Shown: one piece after another, positions 8,238 to 17,072 of the stretch
How the letters are laid out: each line of letters opens with the position of its first letter
How positions within the stretch are numbered: position 1 is the first letter of the stretch
From: Candidatus Babeliales bacterium
Lineage (GTDB): Bacteria; Babelota; Babeliae; Babelales; JANWKD01
Length of the DNA stretch: 64,000 bases
Direction of reading: 5' to 3'
NCBI GenBank assembly: GCA_963701665.1
Contig: OY969622.1
Span: forward strand, 704,001-768,000
Notes under the pieces: generated by a model
What the model saw: only the letters and a program-made list of their open reading frames with translations
The model's database searches: none
What the model was told of the DNA's origin: nothing
Position numbers and translations under genes: made by a program

Positions 8238-10280
8238 TTAATCTTCTGCTTTTTCTGTAGGTGCTTTATACGTATCTTTGAGCTGTTTAATGGCATTAGT
8301 GCGTACTGAAATTTTCTTAGGCAACCCTGTTATTGGATCAATTTCTTTCGTTTCTTCTTCTTTCAAAGGATTAATTTGATTTAATTTTGCTGCTTCAAGA
8401 TCAGTAGAATCATTGAGATTGAGGCCAGCCTGAGTACCCGGTAAAAAGTCTCCAGTGAGCGCAAAAACAGCAACAGGATCAAGCGGTTGAATTCCAGCAT
8501 CAACTTTTGGTTGCAATTGTTTTGTTGCATCAAATTTAAGTACTGGCTCGATGAGCTCATACGCTGTTAATTCTTGAGGCTTTTCAGGATCACGTTTCTT
8601 TTTTTCAAAATCTTTAAATTCTTGTACAACTGCTTTTTTATACGCAGCAAGATCAGCTTTGTTATCTTTAAATTCTTTTTTGAAAGCATCTCTCATTATT
8701 TTATTTGGAATATCGGTAAGAATGTTTGTTATCTTAACGATTGCTGCTTTGGTATCACTAATTTTCTTTAATGCTTCTTCAGAATATGGTTTTGCTACTG
8801 GCGTTGTCATAAGCTCTTTGAACTTCCACCCAAAAAGATCTTTATTGTCAGTAATTTCACTGCTGAAATCTTTGAGCTTTCGCTTAATGATACCAACTTG
8901 TTCAGAAACTTTTGATGATAGTTCTGCTTGTGCTTTTTTGTCGCCTGCCTTGGTTGTTTCTTCCCCTTTCTTTTTTTCCTCTTCTTTTTTCTTTTTTTTG
9001 TCTTTCTTTTTCTTCTTCTTCTCTTCTTTAGCTTTTTTTTCTCCAGCAGAACCTTCGCCACCACGAGGTTTGATGCCGGCAGATGCGGGTGGTGCGAGTG
9101 GTGCATTAGCATTAAAACTTTCATAAGGTGCTGGGAAACCGAACTCTCCGCCGGGAAGCGGGGGTTCATAGCCACCGAGTGGTGGTTGAGGCGGTGGCAT
9201 AGAAAATACCATGCGACCTGGGAGCGCGCGTTTTTTAAGTGCTTCTTCTTGTGCTTTACGCGCTTCAGCTTCTAATTTTTCGCGCTCTTGTTGTGCTTTC
9301 AATGCTTCAGGGTCATGTTTTTTGAATAATTTTTTTATATCTTCAAGGATTATGCGTTCATCAGTTGCTTTTGACAAAGCATAAAGAATTTGATCAAAAA
9401 TATATCGTGATTCTTCTTGATTACGTATTTCTGCATATGAGCCATTGATAAGCGTAAATTTATTTTTTGCTTCGCTAAGTGCTTTATCAATTTCGTCTTT
9501 GGTTTTTCCTTGCCGAATAAGCTTGACTTCAAGTAATTGTGGATTGGTGTCTGCAACGAGTTTTTGATACGATGTTACAATTTCATCTTGTGTAGCAGTG
9601 CGTGCAACATTGAGAACTTCGTAAGGATTTTTCCCTTCGAGACTGAATTCTTCAATGGTCAGCTGAGGTTCAAGAGAGCTTAAGCTTGTATGTAATTCTT
9701 TCAGATTCGTTAATAATGGCTCAAATTCTTTATCTGAAAGAAATTTTATGAGCTTTTCACTCGTGAGCAAGTTTAAATAATAAACTAAATCATCTAAACG
9801 ATATTTAAAGGGGATGAGATCGTTAGAAAAATCTTTATTATTTGCAGCCTTTTGGCGAATATCACCAATTAAACGAATAAGATCTTTTAACATTTGAACA
9901 TGAGAAAGATCAACAACAGGGGCTTTTTTTTCTGGTTCGGCTGGTTTTGTAGGTGCGGGTTTCTCCGGAGCTGCAGCAGCTTCTTTTTCAAAATCTTCTT
10001 GCAGCTGAGCTTGAAGTTCAATGTAGTCAAATGGGTCTATGCCAAGTTCATCGGCTTCTTTAATAATTTCTTCGCCGATAGCAGTAAGTGCATCGATGGT
10101 TTCCTGATCCAAGCTTGAGATAAAATCTTCAAACATTTTCATATCTTGTTCAGATAGTTCGGGCATGCCAGCAGGAGGTGCAGCAACAGGGGGTTTTGAA
10201 GGTCCTGCTGATGCATATATCGTACTATATGAAGCACTTATCAAAGAAAGAAAAAGAAAAATAATTGATTTGATTTTCAT
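8238..10280 (-). CDS. Large exported protein with degenerate J-like domain, Pro-rich and Lys-rich tracts
   Basis: Signal peptide; NPYEVLNV...EI..SYQKL...NPQ (HPD absent)...KF..IN.SY. Confidence 0.7.
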   Translation of the reverse strand: MKIKSIIFLFLSLISASYSTIYASAGPSKPPVAAPPAGMPELSEQDMKMFEDFISSLDQETIDALTAIGEEIIKEADELGIDPFDYIELQAQLQEDFEKEAAAAPEKPAPTKPAEPEKKAPVVDLSHVQMLKDLIRLIGDIRQKAANNKDFSNDLIPFKYRLDDLVYYLNLLTSEKLIKFLSDKEFEPLLTNLKELHTSLSSLEPQLTIEEFSLEGKNPYEVLNVARTATQDEIVTSYQKLVADTNPQLLEVKLIRQGKTKDEIDKALSEAKNKFTLINGSYAEIRNQEESRYIFDQILYALSKATDERIILEDIKKLFKKHDPEALKAQQEREKLEAEARKAQEEALKKRALPGRMVFSMPPPQPPLGGYEPPLPGGEFGFPAPYESFNANAPLAPPASAGIKPRGGEGSAGEKKAKEEKKKKKKDKKKKKEEEKKKGEETTKAGDKKAQAELSSKVSEQVGIIKRKLKDFSSEITDNKDLFGWKFKELMTTPVAKPYSEEALKKISDTKAAIVKITNILTDIPNKIMRDAFKKEFKDNKADLAAYKKAVVQEFKDFEKKKRDPEKPQELTAYELIEPVLKFDATKQLQPKVDAGIQPLDPVAVFALTGDFLPGTQAGLNLNDSTDLEAAKLNQINPLKEEETKEIDPITGLPKKISVRTNAIKQLKDTYKAPTEKAED

Positions 10281-10353
10281 AAAATTCTCATACTGTGTAA
10301 TGTACTATTAGTACAAAGAAAAACATGTACCTTCAGATGATGATTTTAGTGGT

Positions 10354-10752
10354 ATGGCTATGCGAAGTCAATTAAAGCGCTCATTACAAAGATCTGGTTT
10401 TATGATTATTGAATTACTAGTAACCATTTTAATTCTCTCAGTTTTTACTTTTATTATTGCTTGTTATCAGAGCATGAGCATTAGAGCAAGTTATGAAGCG
10501 ATCGAGCGATGGAAAGCGGTCAATGCCGTACATACATTTTTGGTTAAAGCATCATGCGATCGTTCATTATTAACCAAAACAACTATACAAGAAGATTCAT
10601 ACAATATTACGTGCGCTCGATTATCATTAGCACTCGAGGGGCCTGCTCAATTTACCAATGCCAAGAAACATTCTTTCTATGAGGTTGCTGCTTCATGGAA
10701 AGGATATCACAAACAATGTACGTACTCATGCGTTGCTGGAGTCATGTCATGA
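10354..10752 (+). CDS. Prepilin-type N-terminal cleavage/methylation protein (minor pilin/pseudopilin)
   Basis: G|FMIIELLV type IV pilin motif plus hydrophobic helix. Confidence 0.75.
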   Translation: MAMRSQLKRSLQRSGFMIIELLVTILILSVFTFIIACYQSMSIRASYEAIERWKAVNAVHTFLVKASCDRSLLTKTTIQEDSYNITCARLSLALEGPAQFTNAKKHSFYEVAASWKGYHKQCTYSCVAGVMS

Positions 10753-11279
10753 AAAGTAAGAGCGACGGTTTTTTGATGATTGAATTTTTGGTCTACTTTT
10801 TTTTGGGGACGTGTCTATCCTACTGCGTTGTTCATTTTATCGTTGCATCATCACTTCATATGTGCCGAGAACATAAAAAAATAGGGGCAATTACTGAATT
10901 GCTTACAGCACTGGATTATTGTGGCTACACGCTTGAAAATGCTCCATGCGATAAAAAACTTTGGAAAAAAATGGAGCCTAAGCTTCTCATATGGCATGAT
11001 GCGCACGATACTATTGATATTGGATTACGTTTGGCACACGATAAATTAGTACGGATTAAAGGAACCTATTCATTATTTAAAAAATCGTGGATCTCAAAAA
11101 AGAAAGCGATACTTGCTCGAAATATCAAGGATGTTGAGTTTACGTGGTATGAAGATTCTGTCGCTTCTAAAAAAAATATTCGCTATATTTCTTGTCAATT
11201 AAAAAGGGTGTTGCCTGATAAAGATGATGATTATTCAGTATGCAAATCCGTCGCATTAGAAAATAGAATTTTAGTATGA
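10749..11279 (+). CDS. Prepilin-like protein (start MKSKSDG, ATGA overlap)
   Basis: G|FLMIEF motif; translational coupling. Confidence 0.7.
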   Translation: MKSKSDGFLMIEFLVYFFLGTCLSYCVVHFIVASSLHMCREHKKIGAITELLTALDYCGYTLENAPCDKKLWKKMEPKLLIWHDAHDTIDIGLRLAHDKLVRIKGTYSLFKKSWISKKKAILARNIKDVEFTWYEDSVASKKNIRYISCQLKRVLPDKDDDYSVCKSVALENRILV

Positions 11280-11737
11280 AGCTACATAATGAAGGATCGA
11301 TGTTACTGACTTTTTTTCTCGTGCTAAGCTCGTTGACCCTCGCATGTTCAATTGTATGGCTTGCTGCTACCTTATTTTTTGATGCAGCCATACAAAAACA
11401 AAATTATGAGTCGTCATACCAACAAACGGCGGGTATGCTCAAGTATGGTATTTCATTATGTACCCATAATTTTGATAACGTACGTACTTATTTAAAAAAT
11501 AACAAAGTTCTTACGTTGAGTGGGCCATTCGACACCATGAGCAAAAAAAATTACCGTGCAACAATGCGTATGACCTTGCGTGATGAACAATGCGTACTAC
11601 TCAATGCCCGTGTGCACGACCATGAAAAGACCATTTTTGAAAGTTCTTGTGAATTAATTAAGTCTGTAGAGTCGACATCGAATGATAAAGTATCAGAATA
11701 TTTTGCTATAAACGCATGGAAAAAAAACAGTTCTTGA
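11276..11737 (+). CDS. PilX/GspK/ComGG-like minor pilin
   Basis: G|SMLLT lacking Glu5, third gene of coupled pilin cluster. Confidence 0.55.
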   Translation: MKLHNEGSMLLTFFLVLSSLTLACSIVWLAATLFFDAAIQKQNYESSYQQTAGMLKYGISLCTHNFDNVRTYLKNNKVLTLSGPFDTMSKKNYRATMRMTLRDEQCVLLNARVHDHEKTIFESSCELIKSVESTSNDKVSEYFAINAWKKNSS

Positions 11738-11768
11738 TGTTTGAGTAAAATGGTTTCTTCTAGGAAAA

Positions 11769-13286
11769 ATGAACGTTAAAAACAGTAGTGTCATTGCGAG
11801 CCCTCAGAGAGGGCGTGGCAACCCAGCTAATAAAATCAAATCCTATTATGGATCTATTAAAGTTCTGGATCCCCACGTCGCTTTGCTCCTCGGGAAGACA
11901 TTCCTGGGTTCTTTTCAAAGTTTCTATCGAAAGCACTTTCTCCTAATCAGTTTGAGCGTATCAGCTCTTGCGGGCGTATTACCGTATATTTTCCCTTACC
12001 TATGTGCAGAATTAGTATTTGTTTTCTTAGTACCACTCTTCATCCTCATAGGAAACTCCGTGCGTCTTGGCTTTCGGGCAGGATTTTTCTGGGGCATTTT
12101 ATTTTATAACATTTATTTTTTGGGTTTGGGCGATATCATTTTTCGGCATGGTGCCGGACCTTTACGATTATGTGCCTACAGCGCGCTCGTTTTCTACGGA
12201 GCATTTTTTTCTGCTGTATGGTTTTATGTAAGTGCAACATGTATGCGATGGCTGCACCGTACAAATTCTGAATGCAAAATTTTCTGCTGCGCGGGTATAA
12301 CAATGGGTTATATGTGGTGGCACGATCGATTATTTTTTTGGATATTCGGTCAGATGGAAGGGGATACATTACATTCTTTTGTTGTGCCGCTTGCAGCGCG
12401 TCCTGCATGGTTGCTCATAAGTTCCTATGCAACTCATCTTGGGTGTTTATTTTTGATAATATTCTTTGCCGCGTGTTTGGCATCTTTTTTTACCGCGCGC
12501 AATTCATTTTTGTCTCTAACGGGTGCCTTCGTATGTTTTATCCCTTTTGCAAGCGGGTGGCTGTTTCATGGACAAACGCGTGCAAAGCCTGGTTTTTTAG
12601 AAAAAAGCGTGTGCCTTATACCGCGCGTGGAGCATGATGACCCTTGGCAATGTCATGAGCAGATATGTGAACTTTTAGAAACGTGTGCGAAACATGCTGA
12701 TTATATAGTGCTGCCGGAATCATCATTGCCATTTATTTTATCTGAATATCAACGGTGCATTACGAGTTGGTACGATATCATACAGAATGATAATGCCTAT
12801 ATTATTATGGGTTCGCACCGAAAAGAAGATAATAATCTCTATAATTCTTTTTTTATTTTGCACCGACGTCGCATAATTCATCATTATGACAAAACTCATC
12901 TCATGTTCTTTACTGAACGAGTGCCTTCCCATTTAAAAGGTTTGAAAAACTTATTTTTAAAAAGCAAAACCCCGTTTTCTCAAGGCAAAATGACGCGCGC
13001 GCCAATTCATTTACCTGAGCTCGGAGCTCTGGTGCCGTACGTATGTTCAGAGTTATTTTTTGAGCCACTCGCCTACTGGTCGTATGGTGATCGTACTGAG
13101 CAACTTTTTTGTTTGGTGAATGATAGTTGGTTTTTCTTCTCATACGTACCTGAACTTATGTTTTTATATGCGGTAAATAAAGCTATTTTCGAGCGTAAAA
13201 CTATCCTCTATGTAAGCCATAGAAAAGGGGTGTGCATTATGCCCGATGGCACCTTGTTCCATCTGACTAGGGCAGGTTCTTCCTAG
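11769..13286 (+). CDS. lnt: Apolipoprotein N-acyltransferase
   Basis: N-terminal TM domain; nitrilase triad LPES, YDKTHL..F.E, VCSE; NDSWF. Confidence 0.85.
   Translation: MNVKNSSVIASPQRGRGNPANKIKSYYGSIKVLDPHVALLLGKTFLGSFQSFYRKHFLLISLSVSALAGVLPYIFPYLCAELVFVFLVPLFILIGNSVRLGFRAGFFWGILFYNIYFLGLGDIIFRHGAGPLRLCAYSALVFYGAFFSAVWFYVSATCMRWLHRTNSECKIFCCAGITMGYMWWHDRLFFWIFGQMEGDTLHSFVVPLAARPAWLLISSYATHLGCLFLIIFFAACLASFFTARNSFLSLTGAFVCFIPFASGWLFHGQTRAKPGFLEKSVCLIPRVEHDDPWQCHEQICELLETCAKHADYIVLPESSLPFILSEYQRCITSWYDIIQNDNAYIIMGSHRKEDNNLYNSFFILHRRRIIHHYDKTHLMFFTERVPSHLKGLKNLFLKSKTPFSQGKMTRAPIHLPELGALVPYVCSELFFEPLAYWSYGDRTEQLFCLVNDSWFFFSYVPELMFLYAVNKAIFERKTILYVSHRKGVCIMPDGTLFHLTRAGSS
11790..11899. repeat. 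RPE/REP-like palindromic element inside the 5' coding region of lnt
   Basis: GTCATTGCGAG...CGTGGCAACCCAG / CTGGATCCCCACG...CTCGGGAAGAC imperfect terminal inverted repeats. Confidence 0.7.
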
Positions 13287-13380
13287 CATTTCAGAGCCGG
13301 GAAACATATTGGTTTCCAGATGGCTACTTTTTTTGTATACTAAAGAAAAAAATAACCTCTCATACCACAAAGGTATCTTC

Positions 13381-13845
13381 ATGAAAGTATTCTTAACCAA
13401 AAACGTTGAAAAAATAGGCCTCGCTGGAGAAATTTTAAAAGTTGCTGATGGGTTTGCTCAAAACTTCCTTTTTCCCCGAAAATTAGCAGTGCAAGTTACC
13501 GCTGAAAATGAATCTTTCTATACGGCTAAAATTAAAAAAGTTGAACAAAGAAAAGAAGTCATTGCTTCTTCGACTTCGATGCTCGCTGAGAGAATCAAAT
13601 CAATCTCTATTACTATAAAAAGAAAAATACATGATGACGGCAAATTGTATGCTGCCGTTTCCCCTCAGGAAATTGTTGACGCCTTGGCATTGATTCCCGA
13701 TAAGGTTTCAATCAGAAAGAGCCAAGTAGAATTTGATAAGCCTATCAAAGCAAAAGGTACCTACGAAAATATAGTTACTATTACACTTTCTTCTACATTA
13801 AAACCAAAATTAAAACAGCTCAAAGTAGTGCCTGCACCTGAATAA
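13381..13845 (+). CDS. rplI: 50S ribosomal protein L9
   Basis: MKVFL..V..IG..GE...VADGFAQNFLFP; upstream of dnaB. Confidence 0.95.
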   Translation: MKVFLTKNVEKIGLAGEILKVADGFAQNFLFPRKLAVQVTAENESFYTAKIKKVEQRKEVIASSTSMLAERIKSISITIKRKIHDDGKLYAAVSPQEIVDALALIPDKVSIRKSQVEFDKPIKAKGTYENIVTITLSSTLKPKLKQLKVVPAPE

Positions 13846-13855
13846 AGTTCGCTCT

Positions 13856-15244
13856 ATGCGCAAAGAATTTTCTGGTGTAATGACTCTTGATGGAGCACAA
13901 AAAAGCAAACAAGCAGAGCATATTTTAGGGCAACGATTGCCCTATAGCGAACAAGCAGAACGTGCTGTTCTAAGTGCTTTATTGCTTAATGATCAACAGA
14001 TTCATGAAGTTGCTGAATTGTTGTTTGCCCAAGATTTTTATCAGCCAGCTCATAAAGTTATTTTCCAAACATTGCTTGATCTGACGCAACAGTTAAAGCG
14101 TATTGATATGGTTATGCTACAAGATGAGCTTGAAAAAAAGGATCAGCTTATTGCTGTTGGTGGCGTCGTCAATCTTATTGCTTTGCAAGAAGATATTCCG
14201 GCGGTTGGGATGCTTCTCCATCATGCTCGTATCATTAAAGAAAAAGCAGTGTTGCGTGATCTGATTAGTTCTGCAACGGATATCATTACCAATTGTTATT
14301 CGCAGAATGATCAAGATATTGATGCAGTTCTTGATGAGGCTGAAAAAACGATTTTTACTATAGCCAACAAACGCTCGCAACAAAGTTTTGTGCAGCTCAA
14401 TATTTGGTTGAAGAAGACATTCCAGCATCTTTCTGATATCAAAGGACACAGCAAAGGTATTACGGGCGTTGCGAGTGGTTATAAAAAATTGGATCAATAT
14501 ACCTCTGGCTTTCAAAAAAGTGATCTGATTGTGCTCGCTGCACGTCCTTCGATGGGTAAAACAGCCTTTGCGCTGAATATTGCTATTAATGCTGCCAACA
14601 ATGGGCAAGTTGTTGGCTTTTTTTCATTAGAAATGTCTGCTGAACAATTAACGTTGCGCCTTCTTTCAATGCAATCTGGTATTGCGCACCATAATATACG
14701 TAATGCAACAATCACCTCAGACGAGTGGCTTGAATTAACGCGCGTTGCAGGTCATTTAGCAAATTTAAAGTTCTTCATTGATGATACTGCTATGGTAAGC
14801 ATCATGGATTTGCGCGCTAAGGCACGAAAACTAAAAGCTGAACATAACGTGCAATTTATTGTTATCGATTATCTACAACTGTTGCATAGCAGCAAAAAAC
14901 ATGAAAATCGCCATCAAGAAGTTTCTGATATTTCCCGTTCTTTAAAAGCATTAGCAAAAGAATTGGGCATTCCTATTATTGCACTTTCCCAATTATCACG
15001 CGCCGTGGATAGTCGTACCGATAAACGCCCCATGCTTTCAGATTTGCGCGAATCCGGTGCTATTGAACAGGATGCGGATGTTATTATGTTCTTATATCGT
15101 GATATCGTGTATAACCAAGATACCGAGCATCCCTTACTCGCCGAACTTATTATTGGCAAACAAAGAAACGGGCCAACGGGTACCGTTTTTCTCAATTTCT
15201 TGCGCGAATATGCTTGCTTTGAAGACGCTGAATTTGAAGAGTAG
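13856..15244 (+). CDS. dnaB: Replicative DNA helicase
   Basis: AARPSMGKT, FSLEM, IDYLQL, LSQLSR, SDLRESGAIEQDAD, KQRNGPTG. Confidence 0.98.
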   Translation: MRKEFSGVMTLDGAQKSKQAEHILGQRLPYSEQAERAVLSALLLNDQQIHEVAELLFAQDFYQPAHKVIFQTLLDLTQQLKRIDMVMLQDELEKKDQLIAVGGVVNLIALQEDIPAVGMLLHHARIIKEKAVLRDLISSATDIITNCYSQNDQDIDAVLDEAEKTIFTIANKRSQQSFVQLNIWLKKTFQHLSDIKGHSKGITGVASGYKKLDQYTSGFQKSDLIVLAARPSMGKTAFALNIAINAANNGQVVGFFSLEMSAEQLTLRLLSMQSGIAHHNIRNATITSDEWLELTRVAGHLANLKFFIDDTAMVSIMDLRAKARKLKAEHNVQFIVIDYLQLLHSSKKHENRHQEVSDISRSLKALAKELGIPIIALSQLSRAVDSRTDKRPMLSDLRESGAIEQDADVIMFLYRDIVYNQDTEHPLLAELIIGKQRNGPTGTVFLNFLREYACFEDAEFEE

Positions 15245-15257
15245 ACTATTAATTCAG

Positions 15258-15587
15258 TTAAACTTTTTTAGATTTTGTTTTATTTGTTGATGTCTTTTTA
15301 GGGGATAAAGAAATTTTCATCGAATAACCCAAGGCATCGGCAACCTGAGCTAATTTTCCAACAGACGTTGTAGTGTACCCACCCTTTTCTAGTCGTGCAA
15401 TAGCAGGTTGTTGAAGATGAAGACGCTTAGCAAGTTCTGATTGAGAATAACGCGCTTTTTTTCTTGCCCTTATAAACTTTTCAAGTAATGCAAATTCTGG
15501 TTCCAATAAGTCATACGCAGCTTTAAGTTCTTCATTTTCTAAAGATCTTTTTTTATATGCTGCAAAGCTTGGTCTCTTATTCTTCAT
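15258..15587 (-). CDS. XRE-family HTH antitoxin (HigA-like)
   Basis: SQSELAKRL...QPAIARLEKG; overlaps upstream toxin gene. Confidence 0.85.
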   Translation of the reverse strand: MKNKRPSFAAYKKRSLENEELKAAYDLLEPEFALLEKFIRARKKARYSQSELAKRLHLQQPAIARLEKGGYTTTSVGKLAQVADALGYSMKISLSPKKTSTNKTKSKKV

Positions 15588-15909
15588 TTTTTACCTCTTT
15601 CATGCGCCGTATTGCTATTTCCATTTCCCTTGGCGGAGTTTTTTGTGTTTTCTTTATAAATTCGCTCAGTACTATTACAATTTTCCCCTTTATAGTACAA
15701 AAAGGAGCACGGGCGATGCCCTCAGGTCCCTTTACTCTAATCTCAAAAAGTCCTTTTTTTAAAGGCTTAATATGTGGCATTCCTAATTCATCAGGACCCA
15801 TCTTTTCAATCAGTTCAGCTATTTTTAAAAATTTAGCTCTTAAATGTACTGGCCATTCATCAATACCATCTTGAACCTTACTATTATAAAACTCTATTTT
15901 CCAGCCCAT
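15577..15909 (-). CDS. RelE/HigB (Gp49-like) type II toxin
   Basis: MPHIKPL..GLFEIR, FIKKTQKTP.RE; toxin-first order. Confidence 0.88.
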   Translation of the reverse strand: MGWKIEFYNSKVQDGIDEWPVHLRAKFLKIAELIEKMGPDELGMPHIKPLKKGLFEIRVKGPEGIARAPFCTIKGKIVIVLSEFIKKTQKTPPREMEIAIRRMKEVKNEE

Positions 15910-16126
15910 ATAAATCTCGCTTTTTTAATAAAAACACCTTAAAATTATAACAAATATATTATATTTTAGCAATATAAATTAGCAATAATTCAAGAAAGCC
16001 AGAAGGAATGACATTAAGCAAAAATAATTTTGATAGGTAAAGGAATAAGCAAGATGCTGACTTAATCAATATAATGTTTTGAGTGATATTAATTTTGTGT
16101 TTTTTTATTTTTAACAGAGTAGCAAA

Positions 16127-16618
16127 ATGATTATTTTAGGTATCGATCCAGGATTTAGTTTTACCGGTTTTGGTATATTAAAAAAAGAAGGGCAGAAATC
16201 ATATCTGCTTGATTGTGGTTATTTGAAAATGTCATCAACAAAGACGTTATCTCAACGTGTTGGCATTTTCCATCAATTTTTTATCGAAAAAATTACAGCG
16301 CACAATGTTACTATCATTGCACTCGAAACACCATTCTTAGGGAAAAATGCACAAAATTTTTTAAAACTTGGTTATTTGCGCGGCATTGTTTATTTATTAG
16401 CTGATACACATCATCTCACGTTACATGAATTTGCTCCGCGCGAAGTGAAACTATCAGTGACCGGTTTTGGCGGCGCTGATAAAGAACAGGTTGCGCGCGT
16501 TATTTTGCGCCTTTTTCCAATGCTTACTGCCCCAGATAAGGCTGATGTTACCGATGCACTCGCCGTTACCTTGTGTTGTTTGTGGCAAAATACTAAACTA
16601 ACGCAGAAAATGTCATAA
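16127..16618 (+). CDS. ruvC: Holliday junction resolvase
   Basis: ILGIDPG, E.PF, VK.SVTGFG.ADKEQV, DVTDALAV. Confidence 0.95.
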   Translation: MIILGIDPGFSFTGFGILKKEGQKSYLLDCGYLKMSSTKTLSQRVGIFHQFFIEKITAHNVTIIALETPFLGKNAQNFLKLGYLRGIVYLLADTHHLTLHEFAPREVKLSVTGFGGADKEQVARVILRLFPMLTAPDKADVTDALAVTLCCLWQNTKLTQKMS

Positions 16619-16635
16619 CTACACGAAGGAGCAAT

Positions 16636-16980
16636 ATGAAAATAGTGATTTTTGTAAGTATTTTTTTAGTGATAACTGTTAGAGCAATGGATAAAGAGGG
16701 AGAAATCCTTTTTTATAGAAAGTTTAATGGAACTGAAAAAGTTAGAAAATTTAAGCAGTCAACCGAAGGCAAGCGATACATAGTTTCAAGAATAGAAGAT
16801 GCGTCTACGAAAAAAGTGATATGGAAAGGTAAAGTGGTTAACGAGGTGTCACCATTTAAAAAAACTCCAAAGCCAATGTTACTTGAAGCATCTAGCGCAA
16901 AAGAGAAATACGATAAATTATTCCTGGAATTCAAAGAAACAGTATTAATACCTGCACAGATCTTAGAATATTACCAATAA
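16636..16980 (+). CDS. Small exported hypothetical protein, possible distant relative of 3657-4693 family
   Basis: AAGGAG SD, signal peptide VRA-MD. Confidence 0.7.
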   Translation: MKIVIFVSIFLVITVRAMDKEGEILFYRKFNGTEKVRKFKQSTEGKRYIVSRIEDASTKKVIWKGKVVNEVSPFKKTPKPMLLEASSAKEKYDKLFLEFKETVLIPAQILEYYQ

Positions 16981-16982
16981 GG

Positions 16983-17013
16983 AAATTCTCTCCTCAAAAG
17001 AGGGGATTTTTTT
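16983..17013 (+). terminator. Intrinsic terminator
   Basis: TCCTC-aaaa-GAGGG hairpin followed by T7. Confidence 0.5.
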
Positions 17014-17025
17014 AATAAAAATTTT

Positions 17026-17053
17026 ACGTCTGATAATATATATTATGTTAAAA
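17026..17053 (+). other. dif: dif chromosome dimer-resolution site
   Basis: ACGTCTGATAA-TATATA-TTATGTTAAAA; right arm 10/11 to E. coli XerD arm TTATGTTAAAT; apparent GC-skew inversion here. Confidence 0.8.
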
Positions 17054-17072
17054 TAATAGCTAAATAAATGGA

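Noticed and set aside
8574..9275. Overlapping Phe-rich and Lys/Arg-rich alternative ORFs
   Set aside because: Shadows of the low-complexity Lys/Glu tract in the 680-aa gene
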